A DNA stretch of 64,000 nucleotides from Nitrospina sp. UBA6727. GTDB taxonomy: Bacteria > Nitrospinota > Nitrospinia > Nitrospinales > VA-1. The position numbers and the translations under genes were made by a program. The notes beneath the pieces are model-generated. The model saw only the letters and a program-made list of their open reading frames with translations. It was not told the DNA's origin and did no database searches. Numbering within the stretch: the first letter of the stretch is position 1; each line of letters begins with the position of its first letter. The stretch is taken from assembly GCA_002454045.1 (NCBI GenBank), contig DKID01000024.1:2283-66282 (forward strand), written 5' to 3'. Shown piece after piece: positions 8,360 through 17,402 of the stretch.

Positions 8360-9910
8360 ATGAAAAAACGCATCTTCGGCATCGAAACAGAATACGGTCT
8401 CCTCGTTAAAAATGACGGCGACTTTTCTCTCGACCCAATGGAAATTGCCAACCGGGTCAAGAATCATATTTTCTCAAAAAACTTGGGAGTGCTAGACCTC
8501 CATTATCGGGCGAACGACGAGCCCCCCGGCAACGGCGGGTTCCTGCTGAACGGCGGGCGTCTATACTTGGACATGGGACACTTGGAATACGCCTCGCCGG
8601 AATGCTCCACCCTTGTGGACTTGGTGACTTACGACCGCGCCGGCGACACGCTGGTACAAGAGGCCGTGGAAGAACTGGGCTGGGCGGATCACGTTTCGTT
8701 CATCAAAAATAATGTTGACCTCGAAACCAACGCGACTTTTGGATGCCACGAAAATTATCTGGTCAGCAGAGGATTTCCTTTCGACGAACGGGACAACCTG
8801 AAACTGCTTTCTTCATTTTTAACCACGCGACTGATTTATTGCGGCGCCGGTCGCATCGGCTTCTGCGACCCACATCCGTTTCGGGACCGGGAAAACATCA
8901 CGCCCGACGAAACGCAAGGCGACGAAGTGAAGTTTCAGATTTCGCAAAGAGCCGACCACATCCCCAATGAATTTTACCGATGGGTACAATATAACCGCGC
9001 GATTGTGAACACCCGCGACGAACCTTTGTCGGACCCGAGCAAATATCGGCGCATACACCTTTTAGTCGGCGACTCCACCATGAGTGAGTTTGCGACCGCG
9101 ATGAAGATGGGGACCACGACTCTCATGCTGGAAATTATGCAGTTGGGCGTCGCGAAAAAAAAGTGGGTGCTCGCGGACTCGGTCCAATCTATGCGCTCCA
9201 TTTCCCGCGACCAAAATTTCAAGTGGCACGTAAAACTCGCTTCGGGAAATTCTTCCACCGCCTTGGAACTGCAATGGGATATTTTCAACACCTGCAAGCA
9301 ACACCTCGCCGGAATGAATCGGGAGACCGACTGGATTCTGGAAAGTTGGGAATCGGTCTTGACCGACTTGCCTAAAGGACCGGAGGCGGTAATCGGCAGG
9401 GTGGACTGGGCTAGTAAATACTGGATGCTTAACGAATTTAGAAACGAAGAAAACCTGGAATGGAACGACCCCTGGCTCAAAAGCCTGGACTTGGAATACC
9501 ATAACTTGAATAAGGAAACCGGCTTGTTCTGGGGACTGGAAGCCAACGGGGAAGGTTACCGGAAAACCACCGATGAAGGAGTCGCGTTCGCAAAAGTAAA
9601 TCCGCCGAGAGGAACTCGCGCGCAAGGCCGCGGCGAACTCGTTAAAAGGTTGATGAACCAAAACGCCCACCTGCGTTATCTCATCGACTGGATTGGCTTT
9701 CGCCTGGGTAAAACCGACGAACCTTTTTTGATGCTCGACCCATTCATCTCCTATAAAAAAGAAGTCGTAGAGTATCTTGACCAGTTCGATTCCACACCGC
9801 CGCGGGAAATTAAACAAGGCGACGGTCACGCGGCGGGCGACAGCGGTGACGGTGGTCGCGTCGATGGCAGTCGCGCCGGCGGTGGCCGCGGGAAAAAATC
9901 GTATGGATGA
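8360..9910 (+). CDS. pafA: Pup--protein ligase PafA
   Basis: Begins MKKRIFGIETEYGLL. FLLNGGRLYLDMGHLEYASPECSTLVDLVTYDRAGD parallels mycobacterial PafA ([23 protein letters not shown]) and lacks the Dop-loop insertion. The C-terminal ~35 residues (GDGHAAGDSGDGGRVDGSRAGGGRGKKSYG) are low-complexity and encoded by a GACGG patch. Confidence 0.85.
   Translation: MKKRIFGIETEYGLLVKNDGDFSLDPMEIANRVKNHIFSKNLGVLDLHYRANDEPPGNGGFLLNGGRLYLDMGHLEYASPECSTLVDLVTYDRAGDTLVQEAVEELGWADHVSFIKNNVDLETNATFGCHENYLVSRGFPFDERDNLKLLSSFLTTRLIYCGAGRIGFCDPHPFRDRENITPDETQGDEVKFQISQRADHIPNEFYRWVQYNRAIVNTRDEPLSDPSKYRRIHLLVGDSTMSEFATAMKMGTTTLMLEIMQLGVAKKKWVLADSVQSMRSISRDQNFKWHVKLASGNSSTALELQWDIFNTCKQHLAGMNRETDWILESWESVLTDLPKGPEAVIGRVDWASKYWMLNEFRNEENLEWNDPWLKSLDLEYHNLNKETGLFWGLEANGEGYRKTTDEGVAFAKVNPPRGTRAQGRGELVKRLMNQNAHLRYLIDWIGFRLGKTDEPFLMLDPFISYKKEVVEYLDQFDSTPPREIKQGDGHAAGDSGDGGRVDGSRAGGGRGKKSYG
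9819..9891. repeat. GACGG-rich patch (member 2), inside the 3' end of pafA
   Basis: gcgacggtcacgcggcgggcgacagcggtgacggtggtcgcgtcgatggcagtcgcgccggcggtggccgcgg. Confidence 0.6.
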
Positions 9911-10247
9911 TTGCCTGTTCTGCAAAATCGGCGGCGGGAATATTCCTTCCGACAAAGTTTATGAATCGGAAACATTTTTTGCGATTAACGACATCAATCC
10001 GCAAGCCCCCACGCATATTCTGATCATTCCCCAAATTCATCATGCAACTTTGTTGGACGTCGAGGAAAAAGATCACGCGCTAATCGGTTCCGTGATCGGC
10101 GTGGCGAATCAACTCGCGAAGGAAAGAGGACTCGACGAGTCAGGATTCCGGTTGGTGGTGAATTGCGGCGCCGGTGCTGGGCAATCCGTGTTTCATATAC
10201 ACTTTCATCTTTTAGGTGGTCGCGCCTTAAACTGGCCGCCGGGTTAG
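9903..10247 (+). CDS. HIT-family (HinT-like) nucleotide hydrolase
   Basis: Begins MDDCLFCKI and contains the histidine triad HIHFHLLGG; 114 aa. ATG 9903 overlaps the end of pafA by 8 nt. The ORF-track start at 9777 reads through the GACGG patch and is unlikely. Confidence 0.85.
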   Translation: MDDCLFCKIGGGNIPSDKVYESETFFAINDINPQAPTHILIIPQIHHATLLDVEEKDHALIGSVIGVANQLAKERGLDESGFRLVVNCGAGAGQSVFHIHFHLLGGRALNWPPG

Positions 10248-10256
10248 GGGAACGCC

Positions 10257-11270
10257 ATGGTTACCGCGGAGCAACTCTACGAAAAGTTGAAAAATATTCG
10301 GACGGGCAATCCGGTCTGCCAATTTACCCGCGAGCATTGCGACCGATTGCTCCCCACCATAAAAAAGATTGAAGACCTCAAGCGCGAAAAAAACGCCGTC
10401 ATCCTCGTTCACAATTATGTCGCGCCGGAAATTTTTTACAGCGTTGCCGATTACACCGGCGACTCTTATGGCTTATCGAAAAAAGCGAAGGAATCGCATG
10501 CCGACGTCATCGTTTTTTCAGCGGTCCGTTTCATGGCAGAGACCGCCAAGATTCTCAATCCAGAGAAAACCGTGCTGGACCCAAACCCCAACGGCGGCTG
10601 TTCCCTCGCCGATGGGATAACGGCGGCGGATGTGACGCGGCTCCGCGAAAAATTTCCCGACCATACATTTGTTTGTTACATCAACACAACCGCCGCGGTG
10701 AAAGCCCAGTGCGACGTGTGCGTTACCTCTTCAAATGTTTACGCCATCATCGAGAAAATCCCCAACGATAAAATTTATTTTTTGCCGGATCGGTTGATGG
10801 GAGAAAACGTAATCAATCATCTTAAAGTTCGCGGAGTGAATAAGGACATCCAACTCTGGGACGGCACTTGTTACGTTCACGAAGAGTACCAGCCCGAAAG
10901 TATAGATCAGGTGCGGAAAAACTTTGCGGGCGTGGAAATTCTCGTCCACCCCGAGTGCAGTCCTTCCGTCGTGGACAAAGCGGATTATGTAGGAAGCACC
11001 AGCCAAATGCTCAGCCACGTGCGCGAGTCGCGGCGGGACTCATTTTTTCTGCTTACCGAATGCGGACTAAGCGGTGTTTTGCAATCAGAGTTTCCCGAGA
11101 AAACATTCGCCGGAAGTTGCACACTTTGCAAATATATGAAGTCCAATTCCTTGGAAGATATTTTGAGCGTCCTCGAAAACCCCAGCCCGCATCACGTCAT
11201 CACCCTCAACCCGGAAATCCAAAGCCGCGCGTTGCATTGCGTAAACCAAATGTTCAACTACTCCAACTAG
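10257..11270 (+). CDS. nadA: quinolinate synthase
   Basis: VHNYVAPEIFYSVADYTGDSYGLSK..VFSAVRFMAETAKILNPEKTVL..VCYINTTA..VHPEC. Length and motifs are typical of NadA. Confidence 0.9.
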   Translation: MVTAEQLYEKLKNIRTGNPVCQFTREHCDRLLPTIKKIEDLKREKNAVILVHNYVAPEIFYSVADYTGDSYGLSKKAKESHADVIVFSAVRFMAETAKILNPEKTVLDPNPNGGCSLADGITAADVTRLREKFPDHTFVCYINTTAAVKAQCDVCVTSSNVYAIIEKIPNDKIYFLPDRLMGENVINHLKVRGVNKDIQLWDGTCYVHEEYQPESIDQVRKNFAGVEILVHPECSPSVVDKADYVGSTSQMLSHVRESRRDSFFLLTECGLSGVLQSEFPEKTFAGSCTLCKYMKSNSLEDILSVLENPSPHHVITLNPEIQSRALHCVNQMFNYSN

Positions 11271-11388
11271 CGGACACGAGTTCAAACTCAATATAATTTC
11301 TTTAGAATGATGGGGAGCAAAATAGCCAGCACGACTACTATCCCGATAAAAGTTTCCCAGTTTTGAAACATATTTTTTTCTCCCGCCG

Positions 11389-12780
11389 TCATTCCTCTGG
11401 AGCAATCATTTTTTCGGGACAAACTTTTTTGTCAAATTCCTCAGGCGTGAGCAAGTTCAAAACCGCCGCCGCTTCCTTCAGCGTGCTGTTATCCTGATAC
11501 GCTTTCTTCGCCACTTTGGCGGCGTTGTCATAACCAATATGTGGATTGAGCGCCGTGACCAACATGAGCGAACCGTTGAGATGTTTTTCGATTTGCGTTT
11601 TGTTCGGCTCTATGCCGACCACGCAATAGTCGTTGAAAGATCGGCAGGAATCGGCAAGCAAGCGAATGGACTGAAGCAGATTGTAAATCATCATCGGTTT
11701 GAAAACATTGAGTTCAAAATTCCCGGAGGACCCGCCCACGTTGATGGCCATGTCGTTGCCAATTACCTGCGCCGCGACCATCGTCATCGCTTCGGACTGA
11801 GTGGGGTTGACCTTGCCCGGCATGATGGAACTCCCCGGTTCATTGGCGGGTAAAATGATTTCCCCGATTCCACACCGCGGGCCGGACCCGAGCCAGCGTA
11901 TATCGTTGGCAATTTTCATGAGCGAACAAGCAATCGTTTTCAAAACGCCGCTGGCTTCGACAATGGCATCGTGCGCCGCGAGTGATTCAAATTTATTCGG
12001 CGCGGTGACAAAGGGATACCCGGTGAGCTCGGCGATGCGCTCCGCAACTTTCACGGCAAAATCTTTGTGCGCGTTGAGACCGGTTCCCACCGCGGTTCCG
12101 CCCAACGCAATTTGATACATCCTAGGCATGCAGCCATCAACGCGGTCAAGCGCGTATTCCAACTGCGTGGTGTATCCGCTGAACTCCTGGCCCAAAGTAA
12201 GCGGCGTCGCGTCCATCAAATGAGTTCGGCCAATTTTTATGACGTCCTGAAACTCGTCGGATTTTTTTCGGAACGAGCCAGCCAAATTCGATATGGCGGG
12301 GATGAGCGTGTCGCGGATGCGCGCGACCGCCGCGATATGCATCGCCGTCGGGAAAGTATCGTTGGAAGACTGACTCTTGTTGACATGATCGTTGGGGTGC
12401 ACCGGGTCTTTCGCGCCGATGGTCCCGCCCGCTATCTCGATAGCCCGGTTGGCGATGACTTCGTTAGCGTTCATGTTGGATTGAGTTCCGCTGCCGGTTT
12501 GCCAAACTTTCAACGGAAAATGTTCATCCAGTTTTCCCGCAATCACTTCATCGGCGGCGCGGCAAATCAAGTCTTTGATATTTTCAGGCAAGAGCCCTAG
12601 TTCAGCGTTGACCGTGGCCGCCGCCTTTTTCAATACGCCCATTGCCCGGATGATTTCGTGCGGCATGGTTTCGGTGCCGATATCAAAATGGATTAAGGAG
12701 CGCGCGGTCTGGGCTCCGTAGTACTTGTTGGCCGGAACCTCAATCTCCCCCATGCTGTCGGTTTCGGTCCGGGTTTTCAT
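11389..12780 (-). CDS. fumC: class II fumarate hydratase
   Basis: [28 protein letters not shown] and the signature [17 protein letters not shown]; 463 aa. Confidence 0.95.
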   Translation of the reverse strand: MKTRTETDSMGEIEVPANKYYGAQTARSLIHFDIGTETMPHEIIRAMGVLKKAAATVNAELGLLPENIKDLICRAADEVIAGKLDEHFPLKVWQTGSGTQSNMNANEVIANRAIEIAGGTIGAKDPVHPNDHVNKSQSSNDTFPTAMHIAAVARIRDTLIPAISNLAGSFRKKSDEFQDVIKIGRTHLMDATPLTLGQEFSGYTTQLEYALDRVDGCMPRMYQIALGGTAVGTGLNAHKDFAVKVAERIAELTGYPFVTAPNKFESLAAHDAIVEASGVLKTIACSLMKIANDIRWLGSGPRCGIGEIILPANEPGSSIMPGKVNPTQSEAMTMVAAQVIGNDMAINVGGSSGNFELNVFKPMMIYNLLQSIRLLADSCRSFNDYCVVGIEPNKTQIEKHLNGSLMLVTALNPHIGYDNAAKVAKKAYQDNSTLKEAAAVLNLLTPEEFDKKVCPEKMIAPEE

Positions 12781-12792
12781 AAGTGCTCCTCC

Positions 12793-13725
12793 TCAGTTTG
12801 TAAAATAGTCTGCCGCTTCCGGCATTTTTTCTTCGATATAAATTTTAAATTTTTTTAACAACCGTTGTTCGGCTTGGCGCACCGCCTCTCTGGTAACTCT
12901 TCTCTGGTCGCCGATTTCCTGGAGCGATAAAGGGTCTTCGGAAAGAATGCGTTTGTTGAAAATTTCTATTTCGTTGGGGTTCAACTCGGCTTTGAAATTT
13001 TCAATATTGTCATTGAGGATTTTTCGGAATTGCGCCGCCGCTACGTTTTCTTCGACAGATTGTCCGCCTTGCGAAAGAGTTTGCGCGGGGGTCATGGTGC
13101 TGTCGGGACGAACCGGGGTATCTATCGAAACGTCCATCGCGCCGATGCTGGCTGAGACGTCGATGACTTCCGCTTCGTCAACTCCGAACCGTTCCGCCAG
13201 TAGTTTGGTCGTAGGATCAAATCCTTCGCGCGCCAGTTTTTCTTTTTCTTTTTTCAAGTTGAACAAAAGTTTTCGCCGCGCGTTGGTGGTGCCTACTCTC
13301 ACCAGCCGCCAGTTGTCGAGAATATATTTCAGCATGTACGACTTGATCCACCACGTGGCATAGGCGGAAAGGCGCACGCCTCGAAAAGGATCAAAATTTT
13401 TGACCGCTTTCATCAAGCCGACATTGCCTTCTTGAATTAAGTCCATCAGGTTTTGCCATTCTCGTTTGAAAGTCATGGCAATTTTAATGACCAGCATCAA
13501 GTTGGCGGTGGTCAATTTATAAGCGGATTCAAAACTGCCGGTTTCTTTATAACGAATGGCGATCTCTTTTTCCTGTTCTTCCGTCAGCGCTGGATACTTG
13601 CGGACTTCCTGAAGATATGTGTAAAAAGGATCGCGCGGAACTAGAGACTCTTTGCCCCGGACTGTCGGCACCGTGGGCTTATCTTGCTCCGGTTTATCTA
13701 ACTCAAATGTTGTTTCATCGTTCAT
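12793..13725 (-). CDS. rpoH: RNA polymerase sigma factor, RpoH (sigma-32)-like
   Basis: Region 2 DLIQEGNVGLMKAVKNFDPFRGVRLSAYATWWIK. An RpoH-box-like segment WRLVRVGTTNARRKLLFNLKK (compare E. coli [21 protein letters not shown]). Region 4 LQEIGDQRRVTREAVRQAEQRLLKK. Confidence 0.8.
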   Translation of the reverse strand: MNDETTFELDKPEQDKPTVPTVRGKESLVPRDPFYTYLQEVRKYPALTEEQEKEIAIRYKETGSFESAYKLTTANLMLVIKIAMTFKREWQNLMDLIQEGNVGLMKAVKNFDPFRGVRLSAYATWWIKSYMLKYILDNWRLVRVGTTNARRKLLFNLKKEKEKLAREGFDPTTKLLAERFGVDEAEVIDVSASIGAMDVSIDTPVRPDSTMTPAQTLSQGGQSVEENVAAAQFRKILNDNIENFKAELNPNEIEIFNKRILSEDPLSLQEIGDQRRVTREAVRQAEQRLLKKFKIYIEEKMPEAADYFTN

Positions 13726-13826
13726 GGATTAAAAACCAAATTTATTTATTGAATCACGATGTCAACGCTCGTTCAGCCGATAATCGCTGGGTTGAAATTC
13801 GTACGGCAAAACTTTACAATGGCGCA

Positions 13827-14075
13827 ATGGGACGTTTAGCATTGTTTGGGATTGCCGTAATCCTGCTGATTCTTATCGCGCGCGCGATTTTTCCGACGAG
13901 AAGTTCGTCCGCAGAGCAAGAACCTATAGAGATGGTCATGGACCCCAACAACGGAGTGTATATCCCAAAATCTGAAGCGATTAAAAAAACCATTGCTGGC
14001 AAGGAACACTATTTTTCAAGCGAACAAAGCGCCGAAGAATTCATAAACAAGAAAAAATCTCCGTCGGGAAAATGA
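13827..14075 (+). CDS. small membrane-anchored protein with a cysteine-less YHS/TRASH-like domain
   Basis: 82 aa with an N-terminal TM segment (LALFGIAVILLILIARAIF). DPNNGVYIPKSEAIKKTIAGKEHYFSSEQSAEEF fits the YHS template DPVCGM.V....A....G..YYFCS..C...F, with every Cys replaced. The ORF-track start at 13617 overlaps rpoH and is rejected. Confidence 0.5.
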   Translation: MGRLALFGIAVILLILIARAIFPTRSSSAEQEPIEMVMDPNNGVYIPKSEAIKKTIAGKEHYFSSEQSAEEFINKKKSPSGK

Positions 14076-14144
14076 ACTGCAACTTGTCCGATGTATTATA
14101 ACAGAGGATTTTTCTTTAATCGGAGAAGCGGGGAAATTGTGATT

Positions 14145-14723
14145 ATGTCGACAAAAGAAAATAGGTCAGCCAGTCGTTGGAGTCTCGTAACGCGTAGCAT
14201 TTCCGTGCTTGTGGTTTTGGGGCTGGTGGGCGCAACTCCTGTGTTCGCGGAGGAAAAATGCACGCCGTTAGATAAAAAACGTATCAAGATTGAAGGCTTC
14301 ATTTCCAAATCTTATCGCAAACAAAGAAAACAAATTTTTAAGGAGTTCGGGGAAATCGGTTCGACACGAGTGGCGTTGCGAGTGTATCCCATGGGCGAGA
14401 CCTCAAAGGTGCTCGCGGTGGGACGATGCGTTCCTGCTTACATCGCCCAGCACATTATCAAGAAATCCATGCAATACAGTACCGGCGTGGCGAGTCTGGT
14501 GCAACAGCAGTTCCTCCATACTCATTGGGTGGGCGTTGGCGTCACGATGTTTGATGAACCTTCGCAGCAAATCGTTTCCGCCAGCCAAGTGCAACAACTT
14601 TTGCGGCAAGGCATTACCGATGATGACTTTCATTCTTTGTACCGAGAACTATCGGTGCCGGACGAGCGCGTTCCCTACTTCGGCTTGTATGTCCCCAATG
14701 TCAAACGCGCGCAACGCAATTAA
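14145..14723 (+). CDS. hypothetical exported protein
   Basis: Signal-peptide-like N-terminus (SLVTRSISVLVVLGLVGATPVFA|EE). No recognisable domain. Confidence 0.5.
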   Translation: MSTKENRSASRWSLVTRSISVLVVLGLVGATPVFAEEKCTPLDKKRIKIEGFISKSYRKQRKQIFKEFGEIGSTRVALRVYPMGETSKVLAVGRCVPAYIAQHIIKKSMQYSTGVASLVQQQFLHTHWVGVGVTMFDEPSQQIVSASQVQQLLRQGITDDDFHSLYRELSVPDERVPYFGLYVPNVKRAQRN

Positions 14724-14814
14724 TATTTGTCGCCATCGCGTTATGCCCCGGAAGTTCCGCGACGGGTGATTTCCGCGCAACGAAAAGTATCCCGCCAAAA
14801 ATTGGAGTGACTTG

Positions 14815-15954
14815 CTAGAACTTGAACACCATGTCCGCTTGAAATCTTTTGCGCGCGTTGCTCGGACCTCTTTCGGAATTGGTGTCGAAATAGGTGACCG
14901 CGAACTTCGCTCCTTCGGTTACACCAACGCCGCCGCCCACTTCCCAGCCTTTCCGACCGGAACCATCGCCCGGGGTTTCGCCGCCGCCGGAAAAGTCGGA
15001 GTCGTCGAGACGCGCAAAAACGGCGTCGCGTTGGGAAACTCGGTATATCAATTTTAAATCCCAGTCGCCGAATTTTTTCCCGGAGTTTCCGTACTCGCCG
15101 CCAATCTGCCAACCGTTGTTAAGCTCGGGAACGGCGGCGGGAAAGTCGCCGATGTTCTCGACATGTTCAGCAAATATCCGCAACTTTCTGCCGTAAATAT
15201 TTTTAGACCACTCGCCGATGACATCCACGAGTTTAATTTCAACACCGGAAGTATTTCCCGAACCCCCACCTTCAACGCCGACATAATTATAGTAGGCACC
15301 GGATATTTTGAATTCACCGCGACGGGTTTTCTGGATGAGCGTTCCTTGAAAAGCCAAAAGTTCCACGCCGTTGTCTGGCGCTTCCTGTTCGTCAACCGTG
15401 TATTGACCAAAGACACCTTGCAACGTGGTTTCCCCCGCTTCGTAAGTAATGGTTTCGCTGAGACCTTCCAGGTTGACATCGGAGTCCCAAACCAGTTTGG
15501 ACTTGTGAAAAGGGTTGGGCGCCTTTCCGCCTTGAACGACAAAGTTCATCGTGCCATAGGCGGGAGTCCATCGAACATAAGCCTGATCAATCTTGGAGTG
15601 AAAAGGCTCGCCTAAAGTTTGGTTGGTCGATGTGCTGTCGCTCGTTTTGCCGGTGGCTAGTCTGAACACAACGTCCAGATTTTCGGACACGGAGAGTTTT
15701 CCTTTCAGGCGCATCCGTATTCGATAGACGTCATCCTTGCGGGCATTTTCAAAATCGTCATCCTGGTAACGAACTCTGAAATCTCCGCCAAAGGTAAAAC
15801 GTTTTGTCGCATCCGACGGTGCCACATTCGAACTTTGCTTTTCCTCCAACGCCGTCAACCGCAACTCCTGTTCAGACATTCCCGCCGTTGAAACTTTCGG
15901 GGCAACCCACGTCAACACGACAACCCACGCGCAAATAAAACCGGGCTTGCACAC
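14815..15954 (-). CDS. outer-membrane beta-barrel porin-like protein
   Basis: Signal peptide, then a short coiled-coil (ELRLTALEEKQ). Alternating beta-strand pattern rich in G/Y/T, with a C-terminal ...ADMVFKF (terminal Phe typical of OMPs). Confidence 0.7.
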   Translation of the reverse strand: MCKPGFICAWVVVLTWVAPKVSTAGMSEQELRLTALEEKQSSNVAPSDATKRFTFGGDFRVRYQDDDFENARKDDVYRIRMRLKGKLSVSENLDVVFRLATGKTSDSTSTNQTLGEPFHSKIDQAYVRWTPAYGTMNFVVQGGKAPNPFHKSKLVWDSDVNLEGLSETITYEAGETTLQGVFGQYTVDEQEAPDNGVELLAFQGTLIQKTRRGEFKISGAYYNYVGVEGGGSGNTSGVEIKLVDVIGEWSKNIYGRKLRIFAEHVENIGDFPAAVPELNNGWQIGGEYGNSGKKFGDWDLKLIYRVSQRDAVFARLDDSDFSGGGETPGDGSGRKGWEVGGGVGVTEGAKFAVTYFDTNSERGPSNARKRFQADMVFKF

Positions 15955-15987
15955 TTTAATTTCCTCTTACAAAAAAATGTAGATGGC

Positions 15988-16413
15988 TTAATTGTCGCGG
16001 CGGGCGAGGCGTACTGCGTGGGAAATGGTTTGGTCGTTCTTGCCGTACCAGTAGGCGCAGCCGTTCACGTAGAATAGGATTTGCGCTTCCTCGCCGCGGA
16101 TTGATGAAGTCCAAGTGCAGTTCGCGGCGGGGGGAAACACGGGGTCGAGATGTATGTCGCCGCCGTTGGCATCTTTATTCAACTTTTCTTTATCAAAAAT
16201 GGATGCGGCTTCGTGAACGGTCGGGATGTGCCAGTCGTCATACCCGCCGACTTTTTTCTCATTCATTTTTTTTAGATATTCTTCTGCTTCCGCGTAAGAA
16301 ACATCTTTACCGATATCCAACCGCGAGTCGTTCACCATCCAGGTGACGCTGGTTAGCGAATCGTAAATCGTTCCATCGTCTCTTTTCAAAAACCGTGATT
16401 TTTCGTCGCCCAT
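15988..16413 (-). CDS. DUF1566 (Lcl C-terminal domain) protein, no obvious signal peptide
   Basis: DGTIYDSLTSVTWM...SYAEAEEYLKKMNEKKVGGYDDWHIPTVHEAASIF fits the DUF1566 pattern (GTVTD..TGLMW...W.EA..Y...N....GY.DWRLPT..EL). Confidence 0.7.
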   Translation of the reverse strand: MGDEKSRFLKRDDGTIYDSLTSVTWMVNDSRLDIGKDVSYAEAEEYLKKMNEKKVGGYDDWHIPTVHEAASIFDKEKLNKDANGGDIHLDPVFPPAANCTWTSSIRGEEAQILFYVNGCAYWYGKNDQTISHAVRLARRDN

Positions 16414-16550
16414 TTTATTCCTCTAACAATAACGAAGTTCGCGCCGTCGCTTGCAAGAATCTTCCCCGCAAGTCAAACGCCCGAATTTATTTTAACTGAT
16501 GCATCGGCGGTTTGCAAAAATCGCGCGCAGAGAACCGCGCCGCGGAAGCA

Positions 16551-16590
16551 GTCGATGACGGCGCCGTCACCGTCACCACCGTCGCCGCGC
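16551..16590. repeat. GACGG-rich patch (member 3) with palindrome TGACGGCGCCGTCA
   Basis: gtcgatgacggcgccgtcaccgtcaccaccgtcgccgcgc, immediately 3' of the C-N hydrolase stop. The palindrome lies at 16556-16569. Confidence 0.7.
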
Positions 16591-17373
16591 CTAGCAATAA
16601 AAATCTTCGCGGCGGTCTTTGAACAAGTGGTTGTGAGGATTGAGAGATTTGTCGCGGGCTTTTTCCAAGTCGATCGCGATGGTCTGAACTTCTTCTTCGG
16701 TTTCGGACGCGCGGGTCATGATGTTCCCGCCCGGGTCGACAACTTGGCTTTGGCCTATGAATCGAAGAGGCCCCATGCGGTCTTCGCTTCCCACCCGGTC
16801 GGCGGTGACGGCAAAGACGCGGTTCTCCACGCAACGGGTGATCATCGCTTGAGGACAATGGGGCAAAACTAAATTGGAAGGATGGGCGATTAAGTCGGCG
16901 CCCAGCAGGGCGAGCGTCCGCGCGGTTTCGGGGAAGTACCAGTCGAAACAAATCATGACGCCGACTTTCGCGCCGCCGATGTCAAAAACTTTTAGCGGCA
17001 AGTTGCCCGCGTCGAAGCAAACTTTTTCTGTACTGAAAAGATGCAACTTGCGGTATTTCCCGACGTAACCGTTGGGACCCGTGATGACGGCGGAATTGTA
17101 AACGTGGCTCGCGTCGGCTTCGGGAAGTCCGGCGACCACAAACGCGTTGCTCTTTTTCGCGATGGCGGTCAGCGCGGCCGTGGTGGTCCCATCGGGAACT
17201 TGCTCCGCCAAGTCATGAACTTCTTGCCGATTTTTGAATTGGTATCCCGTCGCAAAAAGTTCGGGGAGGACGAATAAATCTGCGCGGCGACCGTCCAAAA
17301 GTTTTGCAACGCGGTCGAGGTTTTTCTGCACGTTTGCGAAGACAGGATTATTTTGAACGAACCCTACTTTCAT
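16591..17373 (-). CDS. carbon-nitrogen hydrolase (nitrilase superfamily) protein
   Basis: Begins MKVGFVQ. Glu-Lys-Cys triad contexts ELFATGY, KLHLF and GVMICFDWYFPE. An alternative TTG start at 17406 would overlap the aroC stop (TTGA). Confidence 0.85.
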   Translation of the reverse strand: MKVGFVQNNPVFANVQKNLDRVAKLLDGRRADLFVLPELFATGYQFKNRQEVHDLAEQVPDGTTTAALTAIAKKSNAFVVAGLPEADASHVYNSAVITGPNGYVGKYRKLHLFSTEKVCFDAGNLPLKVFDIGGAKVGVMICFDWYFPETARTLALLGADLIAHPSNLVLPHCPQAMITRCVENRVFAVTADRVGSEDRMGPLRFIGQSQVVDPGGNIMTRASETEEEVQTIAIDLEKARDKSLNPHNHLFKDRREDFYC

Positions 17374-17402
17374 AGTGGTCACGCGGCGGTCGCGGTTGTC
17401 GG

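Noticed and set aside
9777-9902. Upstream extension of the HIT gene (ORF-track start 9777)
   Set aside because: The extension is translated from the GACGG patch (TVTRRATAVTVVASMAVAPAVAAG). HIT proteins typically begin close to the ..CLFCKI motif, which is reached from ATG 9903.
9062-9955. 297-aa ORF on the minus strand
   Set aside because: It is antisense to pafA and has no motifs.
16487-16951. 154-aa Arg/Pro-rich ORF on the minus strand
   Set aside because: It overlaps the carbon-nitrogen hydrolase gene in a different frame and runs through a GACGG patch. The extreme R/P composition is typical of an off-frame GC-rich reading.
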